Source: an uncultured Erysipelotrichaceae bacterium (GTDB lineage: Bacteria > Bacillota_I > Bacilli_A > Erysipelotrichales > Erysipelotrichaceae). Taken from it: a stretch of DNA of 64,000 nucleotides. Numbering within the stretch: position 1 is the first letter of the stretch; every line of letters starts with the position of its first letter. Location of the stretch: assembly GCA_934725085.1 (NCBI GenBank), contig CAKVAL010000003.1, positions 22,894-86,893 on the forward strand, in the 5' to 3' direction. This document shows positions 25,296 to 35,256 of the stretch, piece after piece. The translations under genes and the position numbers were made by a program. Under the pieces are notes generated by a model, which saw only the letters and a program-made list of their open reading frames with translations, was not told the DNA's origin and ran no database searches.

Positions 25296-26440
25296 TGAAG
25301 AATATTTTATTACTTGGTGCTAGTGGTTCTATTGGTACTCAAAGTATTGAGATTATCAGGGAACATAAGGATAAATTATGTCTTAAGGGTGTTTCTGTTG
25401 GTAAGAATGTTGAATATCTTAGAACTTTACTAGAAGAGTTTGATTTAAAATTTGTTTATTCCATTGATAAACAAAAGGAACTAATGGAAAAGTATCCTAA
25501 TGTTCATTTTTATTATGGAAATAATGGTTTAGAGCGTATCGTTAGGGAAGAGGACTATAACTGGCTAGAGAATGCTTTAGTTGGTTTTACAGGTTTTAAG
25601 CCTACTTTAAATGCGATTAGATGTGGTAAGAATATTGCCTTAGCTAATAAGGAAACTTTAGTTGCTGGTGGCGATATTATTAATGCTGCTGTTAAACAAT
25701 ATGGCGTAACTTTGCTTCCTATTGATTCTGAGCATTCAGCTATCTTACAGTGTCTACAAGGCCATAATAAGGAAGATGTTAAGAAACTTATCGTAACAGC
25801 TTCTGGTGGTGCTTTTAGGGATAAAGATAGAAGTGAACTAAAAAATGTTACTTTGCAAGATGCTTTAAAACATCCAACTTGGTCAATGGGTAATAAGATC
25901 ACTATTGATTCAGCTACAATGATGAATAAGGGTTTTGAGATTATGGAAGCTCATTACTTGTTTGATATTCCGTATGATAAGATTGAGCCAGTAATTCATC
26001 CTGAATCTATTATTCATTCGATGGTTGAATATAATGATGGTACGGTGATGGCTCAAATGTCTTCACCTGATATGCGTTTGCCAATTCGTTATGCTTTATT
26101 GTATCCAGATAATAAGGGTGATAATCTTGTTAAACATATGGACTTTAGTGAATGTATTAATTTGAGTTTTAGAAAAGTTGATTATGCTAGATATCCTTTA
26201 GTTTTATTAGCTAAGGAGATTGGTGCTTATGGTGGCAATTTTGGCGCTTTGTTGATAGGTGCTAATGATGAGGCTGTTGACTTATTCTTAAATGGTCGTA
26301 TTAAGTTTACTGAGATTGAACAATATGTTATTAAGACGCTTAAGCATGCTCATTTTGTAAAGAATCCTAGTGAGGATGATTTGATTTACTATAATGATTG
26401 GGCTGCTAATTATGTAAGAAATCTTTGGGCTAATAGTTAA
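25292..26440 (+). CDS. dxr: 1-deoxy-D-xylulose 5-phosphate reductoisomerase
   Basis: LLGASGSIGTQ NADPH motif and LANKETLV. Confidence 0.93.
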   Translation: MMKNILLLGASGSIGTQSIEIIREHKDKLCLKGVSVGKNVEYLRTLLEEFDLKFVYSIDKQKELMEKYPNVHFYYGNNGLERIVREEDYNWLENALVGFTGFKPTLNAIRCGKNIALANKETLVAGGDIINAAVKQYGVTLLPIDSEHSAILQCLQGHNKEDVKKLIVTASGGAFRDKDRSELKNVTLQDALKHPTWSMGNKITIDSATMMNKGFEIMEAHYLFDIPYDKIEPVIHPESIIHSMVEYNDGTVMAQMSSPDMRLPIRYALLYPDNKGDNLVKHMDFSECINLSFRKVDYARYPLVLLAKEIGAYGGNFGALLIGANDEAVDLFLNGRIKFTEIEQYVIKTLKHAHFVKNPSEDDLIYYNDWAANYVRNLWANS

Positions 26441-27513
26441 TGAGTTTATTTAATTTTATTTTATTTATATTGATGCTTATGGCAATTATAGTGGTTCATG
26501 AATTTGGACATTTTATTGTTGCCAAGATGTTTAATATCTATGTTCCTGAATTTTCTATTGGGATGGGTAAGGCTTTATACCAAAGAAAGGGTAGGGAGAC
26601 TACTTTTTCTATAAGATTATTACCAATTGGTGGTTATTGTGCTATCGCAAATACGCCAGATGATTTTGATGAAAAGATTGAGGTTGAAACAGAAAAGGTT
26701 GATGTTTCAAGAACTCTTGCCGGTATTTCTAAATTCAAGAAAATACTAATTCTTTTAGCTGGTGTAATCATGAATGGTGTTTTAGCATTAGTTATCATGG
26801 CTATGGTTTTCTTATCTATTGGACAAGTCGGTGTTTCACCAAGTTCTAAGATTGAACAAGTAGTTGCTGATTCTCCTGCTGAAAATGCTGGTTTAATGGC
26901 TGGTGATTATATTAAGAAGCTTGAATTTGATAATGGTTATTCAATAAGTATTGATACTTACGGGGGCTTAAGTGATTTTATGTCTTTGTATAAAAGCGGT
27001 GATATCACTGTTACTGTTGATAGAAATGGAGATAATAAAACTTTAACTTTAAGTCCAGGTACCAAGGATGGTAATACTTATTTGGGCATCGCTTTTGGGA
27101 CTTATGGGGTTGAGAAGGTAACATTTTTAAGTAGCTTTAAATATGGCTTTAATTATCTAAAGGAGATGACTCTACTATTAGTAACGATGTTACTTGGTTT
27201 ATTTAGAGGTGTTGGACTAGATCAATTATCAGGTCCAGTTGGCGTTTATAAGGCTACAAGTGATGCGATTAATTCAGGTGCTATTTATTATTTTGTCTTA
27301 GCTGCCTCATTGTCGTTGAATGTTGGCATTTTTAATTTGATTCCGATTCCAGCATTAGATGGTGGTCGTATTGTCTTAACTTTGATTGAGGCTATTATCA
27401 GAAGACCTATTAGTAAAAAGGTAGAATCTTATATAATAGGCTTGTCTTATGCTTTGTTCTTATTATTATTTATATATGTAACAGGCCAGGATTTGTTTAA
27501 ATTGTTTAAGTAG
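26440..27513 (+). CDS. rseP: RIP metalloprotease RseP/YluC (site-2 protease)
   Basis: HEFGH zinc motif, a PDZ region and the NLIPIPALDGG motif. Confidence 0.92.
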   Translation: MSLFNFILFILMLMAIIVVHEFGHFIVAKMFNIYVPEFSIGMGKALYQRKGRETTFSIRLLPIGGYCAIANTPDDFDEKIEVETEKVDVSRTLAGISKFKKILILLAGVIMNGVLALVIMAMVFLSIGQVGVSPSSKIEQVVADSPAENAGLMAGDYIKKLEFDNGYSISIDTYGGLSDFMSLYKSGDITVTVDRNGDNKTLTLSPGTKDGNTYLGIAFGTYGVEKVTFLSSFKYGFNYLKEMTLLLVTMLLGLFRGVGLDQLSGPVGVYKATSDAINSGAIYYFVLAASLSLNVGIFNLIPIPALDGGRIVLTLIEAIIRRPISKKVESYIIGLSYALFLLLFIYVTGQDLFKLFK

Positions 27514-27522
27514 GAGTAACTT

Positions 27523-28005
27523 ATGTTTGTAAAATATTTTATTGTTTTTCTAGTTTCGATGGTTCCACTGATAGAATTAAGAGGAGCTATTCCTTATGCT
27601 GTTGCATTTCATTTGCCGCTTGTTCCAAGTTATTTGATTGCGATTGTTGGCAACATGCTTCCAGTTCCTGTTATTTTCTTTTTCGCAAGAAAAGTACTTG
27701 AGTGGGGTAAGGATGTTTCTTTTAAGCCTTTCGCTAAGTTCTGTCGTTTCTGTATTGAAAAGGGTGAAAGGGGTAAACAAAAGCTTCTTGCTAAGGCTAA
27801 TAATGGTGTCTATGTTGCGTTATTCTTATTTGTAGGCATTCCTTTACCTGGTACAGGCGCTTGGACTGGTACTCTAGCAGCTTCTTTCCTAGATCTTGAT
27901 TTCAAGAAATCGGTGTTTGCTGTAGTTTGTGGTGTTGTTTTAGCAGGTATCATTATGGGCCTTTTGTCTAGTGGTATCTTTGGTGCTATAAGTTTCATAA
28001 AGTAG
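27523..28005 (+). CDS. small membrane protein, COG2426 / putative small multidrug export family
   Basis: The N-terminal PLIELRGAIPYA motif plus four hydrophobic segments resemble the Sm_multidrug_ex family as I remember it. Confidence 0.5.
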   Translation: MFVKYFIVFLVSMVPLIELRGAIPYAVAFHLPLVPSYLIAIVGNMLPVPVIFFFARKVLEWGKDVSFKPFAKFCRFCIEKGERGKQKLLAKANNGVYVALFLFVGIPLPGTGAWTGTLAASFLDLDFKKSVFAVVCGVVLAGIIMGLLSSGIFGAISFIK

Positions 28006-28017
28006 GAGGGATTATTT

Positions 28018-29031
28018 ATGAAGATTCTAGTTGCAGGGGGAACTGGTTATATCGGTTCTCATACAGTTGTTGAACTTATCCAAAAGGGTCATGAATGTGT
28101 AATAGTTGATAACTTATATAATTCATGTGAGAAGGTATTGGATCGCATTAAGGAAATTTGTGGTGTTAAACCAACTTTCTATAATGTAGATATCAGGGAT
28201 AAGGAAGCTTTAGAGAAAGTGTTTGTTGAAAATAAGTTTGATGCCGTTATTCATTTTGCAGGTCTTAAGGCTGTTGGCGAGTCAGTTACGATTCCTTTGA
28301 CTTATTATGAAAATAATATTTCTGGTTCTATTAACTTATATGAATTAATGCAAAAGTATGATGTTAATAACTTGGTATTCTCTTCTAGTGCTACTGTATA
28401 TGGTAACAGTTTTAAAGCTCCTTTTAAGGAAGAATATGGCAGAGGTACAACCACTAATCCTTATGGTACAAGTAAATTAATGAATGAAATCATTATTGAA
28501 GACTATTCTCACGCAAGAAAAGAGTTGTCTGCAGTATTGTTAAGATATTTCAATCCAGTTGGTGCTCATAAGTCAGGTTTGATTGGTGAAAAACCAAATG
28601 GTATTCCTAATAACTTGATGCCTTATATTGCTGATGTTGCCAATGGCAAGCTTGAATACCTAAGAGTATTTGGTGATGACTATGATACACCAGATGGCAC
28701 AGGTGTTCGTGACTATATTCATGTAGTTGACTTAGCTAAGGCTCATGTACTTGCGATTGAGTATGCTGATAAGCATAAGGGTTGTGAAACTATTAATATC
28801 GGTACTGGTGTTGGTTATTCAGTTCTTGATATCGTTAATGCTTATAAGAAGGCTAATAATATCGATATTCCTTATAAGATAGTTGAGAGAAGACCTGGTG
28901 ATATCGCTACATGTTATGCTGATACTAAGAAGGCTTCTGAATTATTAGGATTTAAGGCTCAATATGGTATTGAGGATATGTGTAAGGATTCTTATAACTT
29001 TATCAAGAAGAATCCTGATGGTATCAATTAA
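28018..29031 (+). CDS. galE: UDP-glucose 4-epimerase
   Basis: GGTGYIGSH NAD motif, YGTSK catalytic motif and PGDIATCYAD. Confidence 0.93.
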   Translation: MKILVAGGTGYIGSHTVVELIQKGHECVIVDNLYNSCEKVLDRIKEICGVKPTFYNVDIRDKEALEKVFVENKFDAVIHFAGLKAVGESVTIPLTYYENNISGSINLYELMQKYDVNNLVFSSSATVYGNSFKAPFKEEYGRGTTTNPYGTSKLMNEIIIEDYSHARKELSAVLLRYFNPVGAHKSGLIGEKPNGIPNNLMPYIADVANGKLEYLRVFGDDYDTPDGTGVRDYIHVVDLAKAHVLAIEYADKHKGCETINIGTGVGYSVLDIVNAYKKANNIDIPYKIVERRPGDIATCYADTKKASELLGFKAQYGIEDMCKDSYNFIKKNPDGIN

Positions 29032-29059
29032 TTTATAGATAAATTTATCGTTATAAAAA

Positions 29060-29089
29060 TTGACAAAATTATAGACGTAAGTCTATAAT
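29060..29089 (+). promoter_or_regulatory. consensus promoter with embedded perfect inverted repeat (operator candidate)
   Basis: TTGACA (29060-29065), an 18-bp spacer, then TATAAT (29084-29089). TTATAGAC-gtaa-GTCTATAA at 29069-29088 spans the spacer and the -10 box. The ATG follows only 9 nt later. Confidence 0.65.
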
Positions 29090-29098
29090 TTTTTATGT

Positions 29099-29302
29099 AT
29101 GAAAAACCCAATTATTAGTGTATTAGATTCATTAGTTCCAATTAGTGCTTTAAACCAAGGTAAGGCTGCTAAGATTATTTCAGAACTAGGGCCTGAAGAT
29201 GTTAAAATAATAGTTAAGAATAACGAGCCTATGGCTGCAATTATTCCTATTAGTAGATTTAATAAGCTTCTTGAAGCTGAAGAGAATATGGAGAAAAAAT
29301 GA
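29099..29302 (+). CDS. Phd/YefM-like small protein (antitoxin-fold, possible operon regulator)
   Basis: 67 aa. The pattern ISALNQGKAAKII...VKIIVKNNEPMAAIIPISRFNKLLEAEE parallels YefM/Phd (ISYSEARQNLS...[24 protein letters not shown]). Confidence 0.5.
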   Translation: MKNPIISVLDSLVPISALNQGKAAKIISELGPEDVKIIVKNNEPMAAIIPISRFNKLLEAEENMEKK

Positions 29303-30228
29303 CAAAGAAAAGAAAAGTAAGATATGATCGCGTTGTTTTGTTGGTTCTAATAGCAGTAGCTCTTATTATCGCTCTTGTTTTAGGCATCAAGATGATTTTA
29401 AAAAAGCCAGCTGTTGATGATAATCCTAATAACAACAATCAAATAGTTGAAAGTAATGATACGAGCTTAGAGCTTGTTTCTTATGATGTTTATAAAGATA
29501 AAGATAACTTATTAGGTTTTAATTTTGCGGTTATAGAATTAAAATTTCAGAATGAAAAGGGTATTAACTATGATTTTGGTAATCTAGTTACTGATGAAAA
29601 CATCAAATTATCGGATACTTCTATGTATTCAAAGAAATTTAATTTACAAGAATTAGATTTTTCTTTATTGAATACTGTTAATGGTGTAATTACTAGTGAC
29701 AAGGAATATACAGCTAAGGTCTTTGTGCCTTTCACAAAGGACAAATTAATATTGACTGATATGGTAAGTGGTAAGTCATTTACTATTGATGTAAGCAAGA
29801 ATGAAAAAGATTTAAGTTCATTGAAGTATCAATCAACTGAATCTAATATTTCTTCTTCTAACTATAACCTTGATATTTCCAATAGTTATGTTTCAGATAT
29901 GATGACTAGAAATGGTCAGGACTATAATTCAAGTATGCTATGTATCTATACTTTTGATATAGATGTTAAATCTATTGGGGATAATATAAAATTAACTAGT
30001 GCTGTTTATAAGAAAAACAGTGATGGAGAATCTTATGATGCTTTGGATGCTAGCTATGCTTCTAGAAAGATAGATAACATTCTTGATAAGACTTTAAAGG
30101 TTGGCGATAAGTATGCATTATTCTTTGAAGTATTTACAGATCCAAATGAGAAACAAGATTTTAGTGGAACTATTACTTTTAATTTCTCAGATGGCTCTTC
30201 TAAGACAATAGATACGGTGTTGAATTGA
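29299..30228 (+). CDS. membrane-anchored extracytoplasmic protein (two beta-rich, DUF4352-like halves)
   Basis: ATGA overlap with the upstream gene. N-terminal K/R-rich segment plus one TM helix (VVLLVLIAVALIIALVLGI). The rest is Ser/Asn/Asp-rich. Confidence 0.5.
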   Translation: MTKKRKVRYDRVVLLVLIAVALIIALVLGIKMILKKPAVDDNPNNNNQIVESNDTSLELVSYDVYKDKDNLLGFNFAVIELKFQNEKGINYDFGNLVTDENIKLSDTSMYSKKFNLQELDFSLLNTVNGVITSDKEYTAKVFVPFTKDKLILTDMVSGKSFTIDVSKNEKDLSSLKYQSTESNISSSNYNLDISNSYVSDMMTRNGQDYNSSMLCIYTFDIDVKSIGDNIKLTSAVYKKNSDGESYDALDASYASRKIDNILDKTLKVGDKYALFFEVFTDPNEKQDFSGTITFNFSDGSSKTIDTVLN

Positions 30229-32759
30229 TGAAGAAGTTATTTATAAAATTACTTGTTATATGTTTACTAGTACCATTTATTGGTACTTTTGAGGTTTCTG
30301 CTCAAGATTTAAAAAGCTGTGGCTATGAAGTGGCTTACATTAATGATGATGGCAGCTTTAGCACCGAAAGCTGTTATAGCGATTTTGTTAGTGCAAAAAA
30401 TAGAATGAAAGAATTAGGTGGCGATGTTGTTGTTAGACATGATTCTTCTTATTCATATACAAAAATTATTGCGATGAATTCGGGCATTGCCTATTCATAT
30501 CCTAGAGATGGTGCTACTTTAAATATTTATCAGGATGTAAATAATCATTCGATTTACTATAAACAAACTTATGTGGCAAGACACTTTGAATTGAATTATC
30601 TAGATACTGAAAGATATTTAGGTGATGGTAGAGGGATGATTGAAACTAATATCAATGGTTTCCATGGCTTTACTGATTTAGAATATGTTGATTTGGTACC
30701 TAGCAAATTTATTAGAAATGGCATCGCGATTACACTTGGTGGTAATAATCCTTATACAAATGAGGGAACTTTTACTTTTGTTCCTAAACAAAATTACTAT
30801 GAAAGAAGAACAAGTGGCAATTATAGTGAAATTGTTTATCACATTTATAGAGGTTTTCCAGCTAATGGGTATGAACCTGTAAGCGAGGCAATTGTCATTG
30901 GTCCTGCGCCTAGTGATATGAACGAGGGCGTGAAGTACTATTCTTATGATGGTGTAAATTTCTATAGTGATAGTGATTTTAAGAATAAGAGCTTTACGTA
31001 TTATAATTATTATCAATTTTTACCATTAAGATCGAAGACTAATATTTCTGCTGATATCTTTAATAGTTATATATCTAAATATGATAATTCGGTTATGAGG
31101 GGCACAGGCCAAACATTTATTGATGCCCAAAATAAATATGGTATTAATGCTTTATTGTTGTTCGCGATGGCTGCTCATGAATCAGCTAATGGTACTAGTG
31201 GTTATGCAACGAAACGTAATAATTTGTTTGGCTGGAATGCAGTTGATGCTGATCCGAATCAAGCTACAAGTTTTAGCAGTGTAGCAGCATGTGTAAACGA
31301 ACAGGCTGGAGTTAATCTAAGAGGTTTTGTGGATGTTACTGATGGAAGATTCTTCTCATCTTCGCTTGGAAACAAAGGCTCTGGTTTAAATGTAAAGTAC
31401 GCTAGTGATCCATATTGGGGTATGGAAATAGCTTCTATTGCTTACCAAATTGATAAGTTGTCTAAGAATAAGAATGGTACTTTGAGTGATTATAATTATT
31501 ATTCTTTGTCTTTGATTAATAAGTTTGATATTCCTGTTAAACAAGATGCAAGTGATGGTTCTAAGACTCTATATACAACACAATATGGTCCACATTATCA
31601 AGAAGGCTTTATTGTGATTGATTTAGGAACTCAAGGTTCTTTTACAAAGGTTCAATCAACTAATCCAATTGATGAAAATGGTAATATTAAGACTCATAGA
31701 ACACCAATTACTACAGGTAATTTGAATCCTATTTCCTATGGTGAATATGATTTCGATAGAAGTGTTGCTTATATTAATAGTGAATATTTAACGGTTATTA
31801 ATAAGAAAAATGAGAATACTTATGATAAACCAGACAAAGATTTAAGTTTAATGCAAAAGATTAATAATCTAAGTGTTGAAAATAATGTTATTCACATCGA
31901 TGGATTAGCTTTTATAAAAGGTATGAGTGCCTTGAACTTGGATAAGATATCTATTTCTATAAAAACTATTGATAATTTATCTAAAGAAGTGATGAAAACC
32001 TATAAAACAACCGTATCTGAATTTGATGGCATTTCATTTGGTGACACACATACTTATAAATATATAGCTTATAGTGTTGATATACCTCTAAGTGATTTTG
32101 ATGAAGGCTCTTATTCTTTAAAAGTTTCCGTTAATAATGATGGATATGAATATGATGGCGAATTGAGTACAACAAAGTTTGAATTCGCAAATATCAATGT
32201 GTCTTTCAATGAAATGAATTATAGAATCAAGATTAATACTTATTATAATTATCGTGTTGAAATTGAAGCTGAGAGTATCCCTGAAATTATTGATTATGCA
32301 GAGATTTCTAAGCCTGATAATTCAATTAGAAATTCTTTATTCTCATTCGATTTGATTGAAATTGATGATGAATTAAATTTCAATATTGATGGGCGTTCAA
32401 TGATTTATTACACAAATTATGATAATTTGGATAATCTAGAAACAACTTTATATCTTGTTGATAGTGCTGACAATTATTATGAAATTAAATGTGAAAACTA
32501 TAAATCAGATTTTGATTATAAAGAAGCATTACAATCTTCTTATAATTTAGATTATATTTCTTTCAAAGGTACTGACAATATCGGTAATATTGGAAAAGGG
32601 ATGTATTCGATTATCTTGAAAGTTCGTAACGGTGAATTTGTTGATTATATAGATTTAACTACTGCGAAAAATGTAGATAATACTATCACAAAAGATGGCG
32701 CTTCTTATAGAATATTCAAGAGCAATTTAAAGAATAGATTAATGTTGGAGGTTAAATAA
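30225..32759 (+). CDS. secreted protein with mannosyl-glycoprotein endo-beta-N-acetylglucosaminidase (LytD-like) domain
   Basis: Signal peptide MMKKLFIKLLVICLLVPFIGTFEVSA. Central motif GQTFIDAQNKYGINALLLFAMAAHESANGTS...NNLFGW. ATGA overlap with the upstream gene. Confidence 0.75.
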   Translation: MMKKLFIKLLVICLLVPFIGTFEVSAQDLKSCGYEVAYINDDGSFSTESCYSDFVSAKNRMKELGGDVVVRHDSSYSYTKIIAMNSGIAYSYPRDGATLNIYQDVNNHSIYYKQTYVARHFELNYLDTERYLGDGRGMIETNINGFHGFTDLEYVDLVPSKFIRNGIAITLGGNNPYTNEGTFTFVPKQNYYERRTSGNYSEIVYHIYRGFPANGYEPVSEAIVIGPAPSDMNEGVKYYSYDGVNFYSDSDFKNKSFTYYNYYQFLPLRSKTNISADIFNSYISKYDNSVMRGTGQTFIDAQNKYGINALLLFAMAAHESANGTSGYATKRNNLFGWNAVDADPNQATSFSSVAACVNEQAGVNLRGFVDVTDGRFFSSSLGNKGSGLNVKYASDPYWGMEIASIAYQIDKLSKNKNGTLSDYNYYSLSLINKFDIPVKQDASDGSKTLYTTQYGPHYQEGFIVIDLGTQGSFTKVQSTNPIDENGNIKTHRTPITTGNLNPISYGEYDFDRSVAYINSEYLTVINKKNENTYDKPDKDLSLMQKINNLSVENNVIHIDGLAFIKGMSALNLDKISISIKTIDNLSKEVMKTYKTTVSEFDGISFGDTHTYKYIAYSVDIPLSDFDEGSYSLKVSVNNDGYEYDGELSTTKFEFANINVSFNEMNYRIKINTYYNYRVEIEAESIPEIIDYAEISKPDNSIRNSLFSFDLIEIDDELNFNIDGRSMIYYTNYDNLDNLETTLYLVDSADNYYEIKCENYKSDFDYKEALQSSYNLDYISFKGTDNIGNIGKGMYSIILKVRNGEFVDYIDLTTAKNVDNTITKDGASYRIFKSNLKNRLMLEVK

Positions 32760-35254
32760 TGAAAGATTTTTTTAGCAGTAAATTAAATATCTTTTTGAGT
32801 GTATTACTATTAGCTATTATAGGTGTTTGCGTATGGTTTGCGTTTACACTATTTGGTAATCCTTTTGATAAGAGCATTGTTGCGATTAATTTTAGCGGCA
32901 TGAATAAGACTGAGGTTGAAAAATGGATTGATGATAACAAACTTGATAAGAGTAAATATAATTATTCTTTTCAATATGATGACGTTATTGAACAAAACTA
33001 TGTAGTTTATCAATCTGTTAAAGAAGGCGAAAAGATTAATGATTCTTTAACTATCGTTTATTCAAATGGCAAGGATCCAAGTGGTGCTAAGGATGTGGCG
33101 TCTGAAATTAAAAATATGTCAGCTGATGAGGCTAGAAAGTGGTTCTTGGTCAATGAATATACAAATGTTTCTTTCTTATATGAAACAAGTGATGTTCAAG
33201 AATTTGGTAAATTAATTAGTGTTAATCCAAGTAATGCGACTAAGAGCGATAATATAACAGTAACATATTCTCTAGGCAAATCAATCGAAGATATTGTTAC
33301 TACGGTTCCTAATTTTTCTACTTATACTGAATTAGAAATTAGAGAATGGGCTAAACAGTACGCGGTTGATTTGAGTATTAAATTCGAGGAACATGATATT
33401 GCGAAGGAAGGCGAATTTATTTCACAATCTATTCCTGCTAACAAGGAGATTAAGGGTGGCCAATCTTTAATTGTTACTTTATCTAGTGGCAAGGGTGATG
33501 GTAACTCTAAGACTATTCCTGATTCTTATTTAGGCTTAAGTGAAAGCGATTTTATTTCTAAGCTAAAGGCTTTAGGCTTTACAAATTTGTCTAAGTCAAA
33601 TACTACTTATTATGCTGAGAGCATCGAAAAGGGCAACATTTACTCTTATGATGATGGCACTTTTAGTACAAGTAGAACAATTAATTATGCTTTATCTGAA
33701 GGCAAATATACTTTTGATGCAAAGGAATTTAACGATAAGACAAAGACTGATGCTGAAAAAGTGGCTGCTAATTTAAAGAATAGGAATGCAAGAATCGACA
33801 GTAAACTAATCACTATTGAATTTGTTGCTGGCGATAAGAATGATGATAAGGCTGGCAAAACATATGATTGTGCAGCTAGTAAGAATGCAATTTCTTGTAA
33901 GGTTTATTCAAGTGATAATAGTGCTAAAGCTTTAATTCCTACTAATAATCAGTATTTAGGCAAGGACCCACAAACTTATATTGATGCTTGTAAGAAATTA
34001 GGTTTTACTAATTTTAAGAAATTAGATACTACTTATTTTTCTACTACACTAAAGAAAGATACTTTATATTCTTATGATGATGGTGAATTGTCTTTAAGCA
34101 AGACACTTGAATACGCTTTATCTGCCGGTCCTTATTCATTCAATGCGAATGACTTTAATGGTCTAACAAAGGATGAAGCTAGTAAGAAAGCTTCTGATTT
34201 AAAGGCTCGTAATGCGAGAATTAATGGCGATTTGATTACTATTAGTTTTACAAAAGGAACAAGTAGTTCTGTAGGAACTGGCAAGGTTTTTGATTGTACT
34301 GCTAATAAGAATAATATTTCTTGTAAGGTAAATGGAGAAACTAGTGGAGGTACTGCAACTGGTAAGACAGCTACTATTCCTGATACTTATTTAAATATGA
34401 AGGAAGCTGATTTCTTAACAAAGGTTAAAGCTTTAGGTTTCACTAATTTTGCGAAGTCTGATACAACATATTTTTCAGAGAATTATCCAGCTGGGAATAT
34501 ATATTCTTATGATGATGGAACTTTTGATTTAGGTAAGACTATTAACTATGCTTTGTCTGCTGGCAAATATTCTTTTAATGCCAGTGAATTCAATGGCATT
34601 TCTAAAGAAGAGGCAACTAATAAAGCTAATGCATATAAGAATAGAAAGGCTGATAGAGGAAATTTAAGTATTTCATTTACAAATGGAGAAGCTAATTCTT
34701 CAAATGTTGGCAAAACATATGGTTGTTCTTATACTTATAAGAATATTTCTTGTAAAGTTTATACAAGTGGTGGTTCAACTCCTAGTGTAGCTAAGGTTAG
34801 TGTTTCTGATTATACTGGTAAAAGTGTAAATGATTTTAGAACTTGGTGTTCAAATAACGGTTTAACAACAAATGTAAGCGAACAATATTCAGATAATGTT
34901 GCTAGTGGTAATATTATTTCTCAAAATCCTGCATCTGGAAGTTTAGACAAGGGAAGTGCTGTTAGTGTTGTTGTTTCTAAAGGACCTAAGCCAGTTGAGA
35001 CCAAAGCTTTATTAGATATTGATGATTTAAATTCTTTCTATTTAAATGGTTCTAAATCTTTTGATGATTCAAAAGGTAAGATTTCAAACTATTTAAGCGG
35101 AGCCGGTTTTACTAATTATTCTTTTGTAGAATCTGTTGGTGATCCTCCTTTTATGATTAGTAAAATCACTGTTGATGGCAACAATCATTCTAACAAAGGC
35201 AACTATGCTTCAAACAGTGCTATTGTTGTATATATTAATAAAGATAGTAAGTAA
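32759..35254 (+). CDS. membrane-anchored multi-PASTA/PASTA-like repeat protein with no kinase or PBP domain
   Basis: N-terminal TM helix. A canonical PASTA domain lies near 34796-34986 (YTGKSVNDFRTWCSNNGL...SGNIISQNPASGSLDKGSAVSVVVSKG). Several PASTA-like modules lie upstream. TAATG overlap with the upstream gene. Confidence 0.65.
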   Translation: MKDFFSSKLNIFLSVLLLAIIGVCVWFAFTLFGNPFDKSIVAINFSGMNKTEVEKWIDDNKLDKSKYNYSFQYDDVIEQNYVVYQSVKEGEKINDSLTIVYSNGKDPSGAKDVASEIKNMSADEARKWFLVNEYTNVSFLYETSDVQEFGKLISVNPSNATKSDNITVTYSLGKSIEDIVTTVPNFSTYTELEIREWAKQYAVDLSIKFEEHDIAKEGEFISQSIPANKEIKGGQSLIVTLSSGKGDGNSKTIPDSYLGLSESDFISKLKALGFTNLSKSNTTYYAESIEKGNIYSYDDGTFSTSRTINYALSEGKYTFDAKEFNDKTKTDAEKVAANLKNRNARIDSKLITIEFVAGDKNDDKAGKTYDCAASKNAISCKVYSSDNSAKALIPTNNQYLGKDPQTYIDACKKLGFTNFKKLDTTYFSTTLKKDTLYSYDDGELSLSKTLEYALSAGPYSFNANDFNGLTKDEASKKASDLKARNARINGDLITISFTKGTSSSVGTGKVFDCTANKNNISCKVNGETSGGTATGKTATIPDTYLNMKEADFLTKVKALGFTNFAKSDTTYFSENYPAGNIYSYDDGTFDLGKTINYALSAGKYSFNASEFNGISKEEATNKANAYKNRKADRGNLSISFTNGEANSSNVGKTYGCSYTYKNISCKVYTSGGSTPSVAKVSVSDYTGKSVNDFRTWCSNNGLTTNVSEQYSDNVASGNIISQNPASGSLDKGSAVSVVVSKGPKPVETKALLDIDDLNSFYLNGSKSFDDSKGKISNYLSGAGFTNYSFVESVGDPPFMISKITVDGNNHSNKGNYASNSAIVVYINKDSK
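33515..34766 (+). repeat. three in-frame repeats of about 132 codons within the PASTA protein
   Basis: The units are 33515-33910, 33935-34333 and 34376-34766. Each begins IP(D/T)..YL and ends NISCKV, with shared motifs LGFTN(F/L), YSYDDG, INYALS.GKY.F.A.EFN and ARI. Confidence 0.8.
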
Positions 35255-35256
35255 TT

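Noticed and set aside
33515-34766. The three ~400-bp DNA repeats considered as a mobile or phase-variable cassette array.
   Set aside because: The copies are in frame within one ORF and strongly diverged at the nucleotide level, with conservation concentrated in amino-acid motifs. They have no flanking recombination sites. They are best treated as ancient protein-domain repeats.
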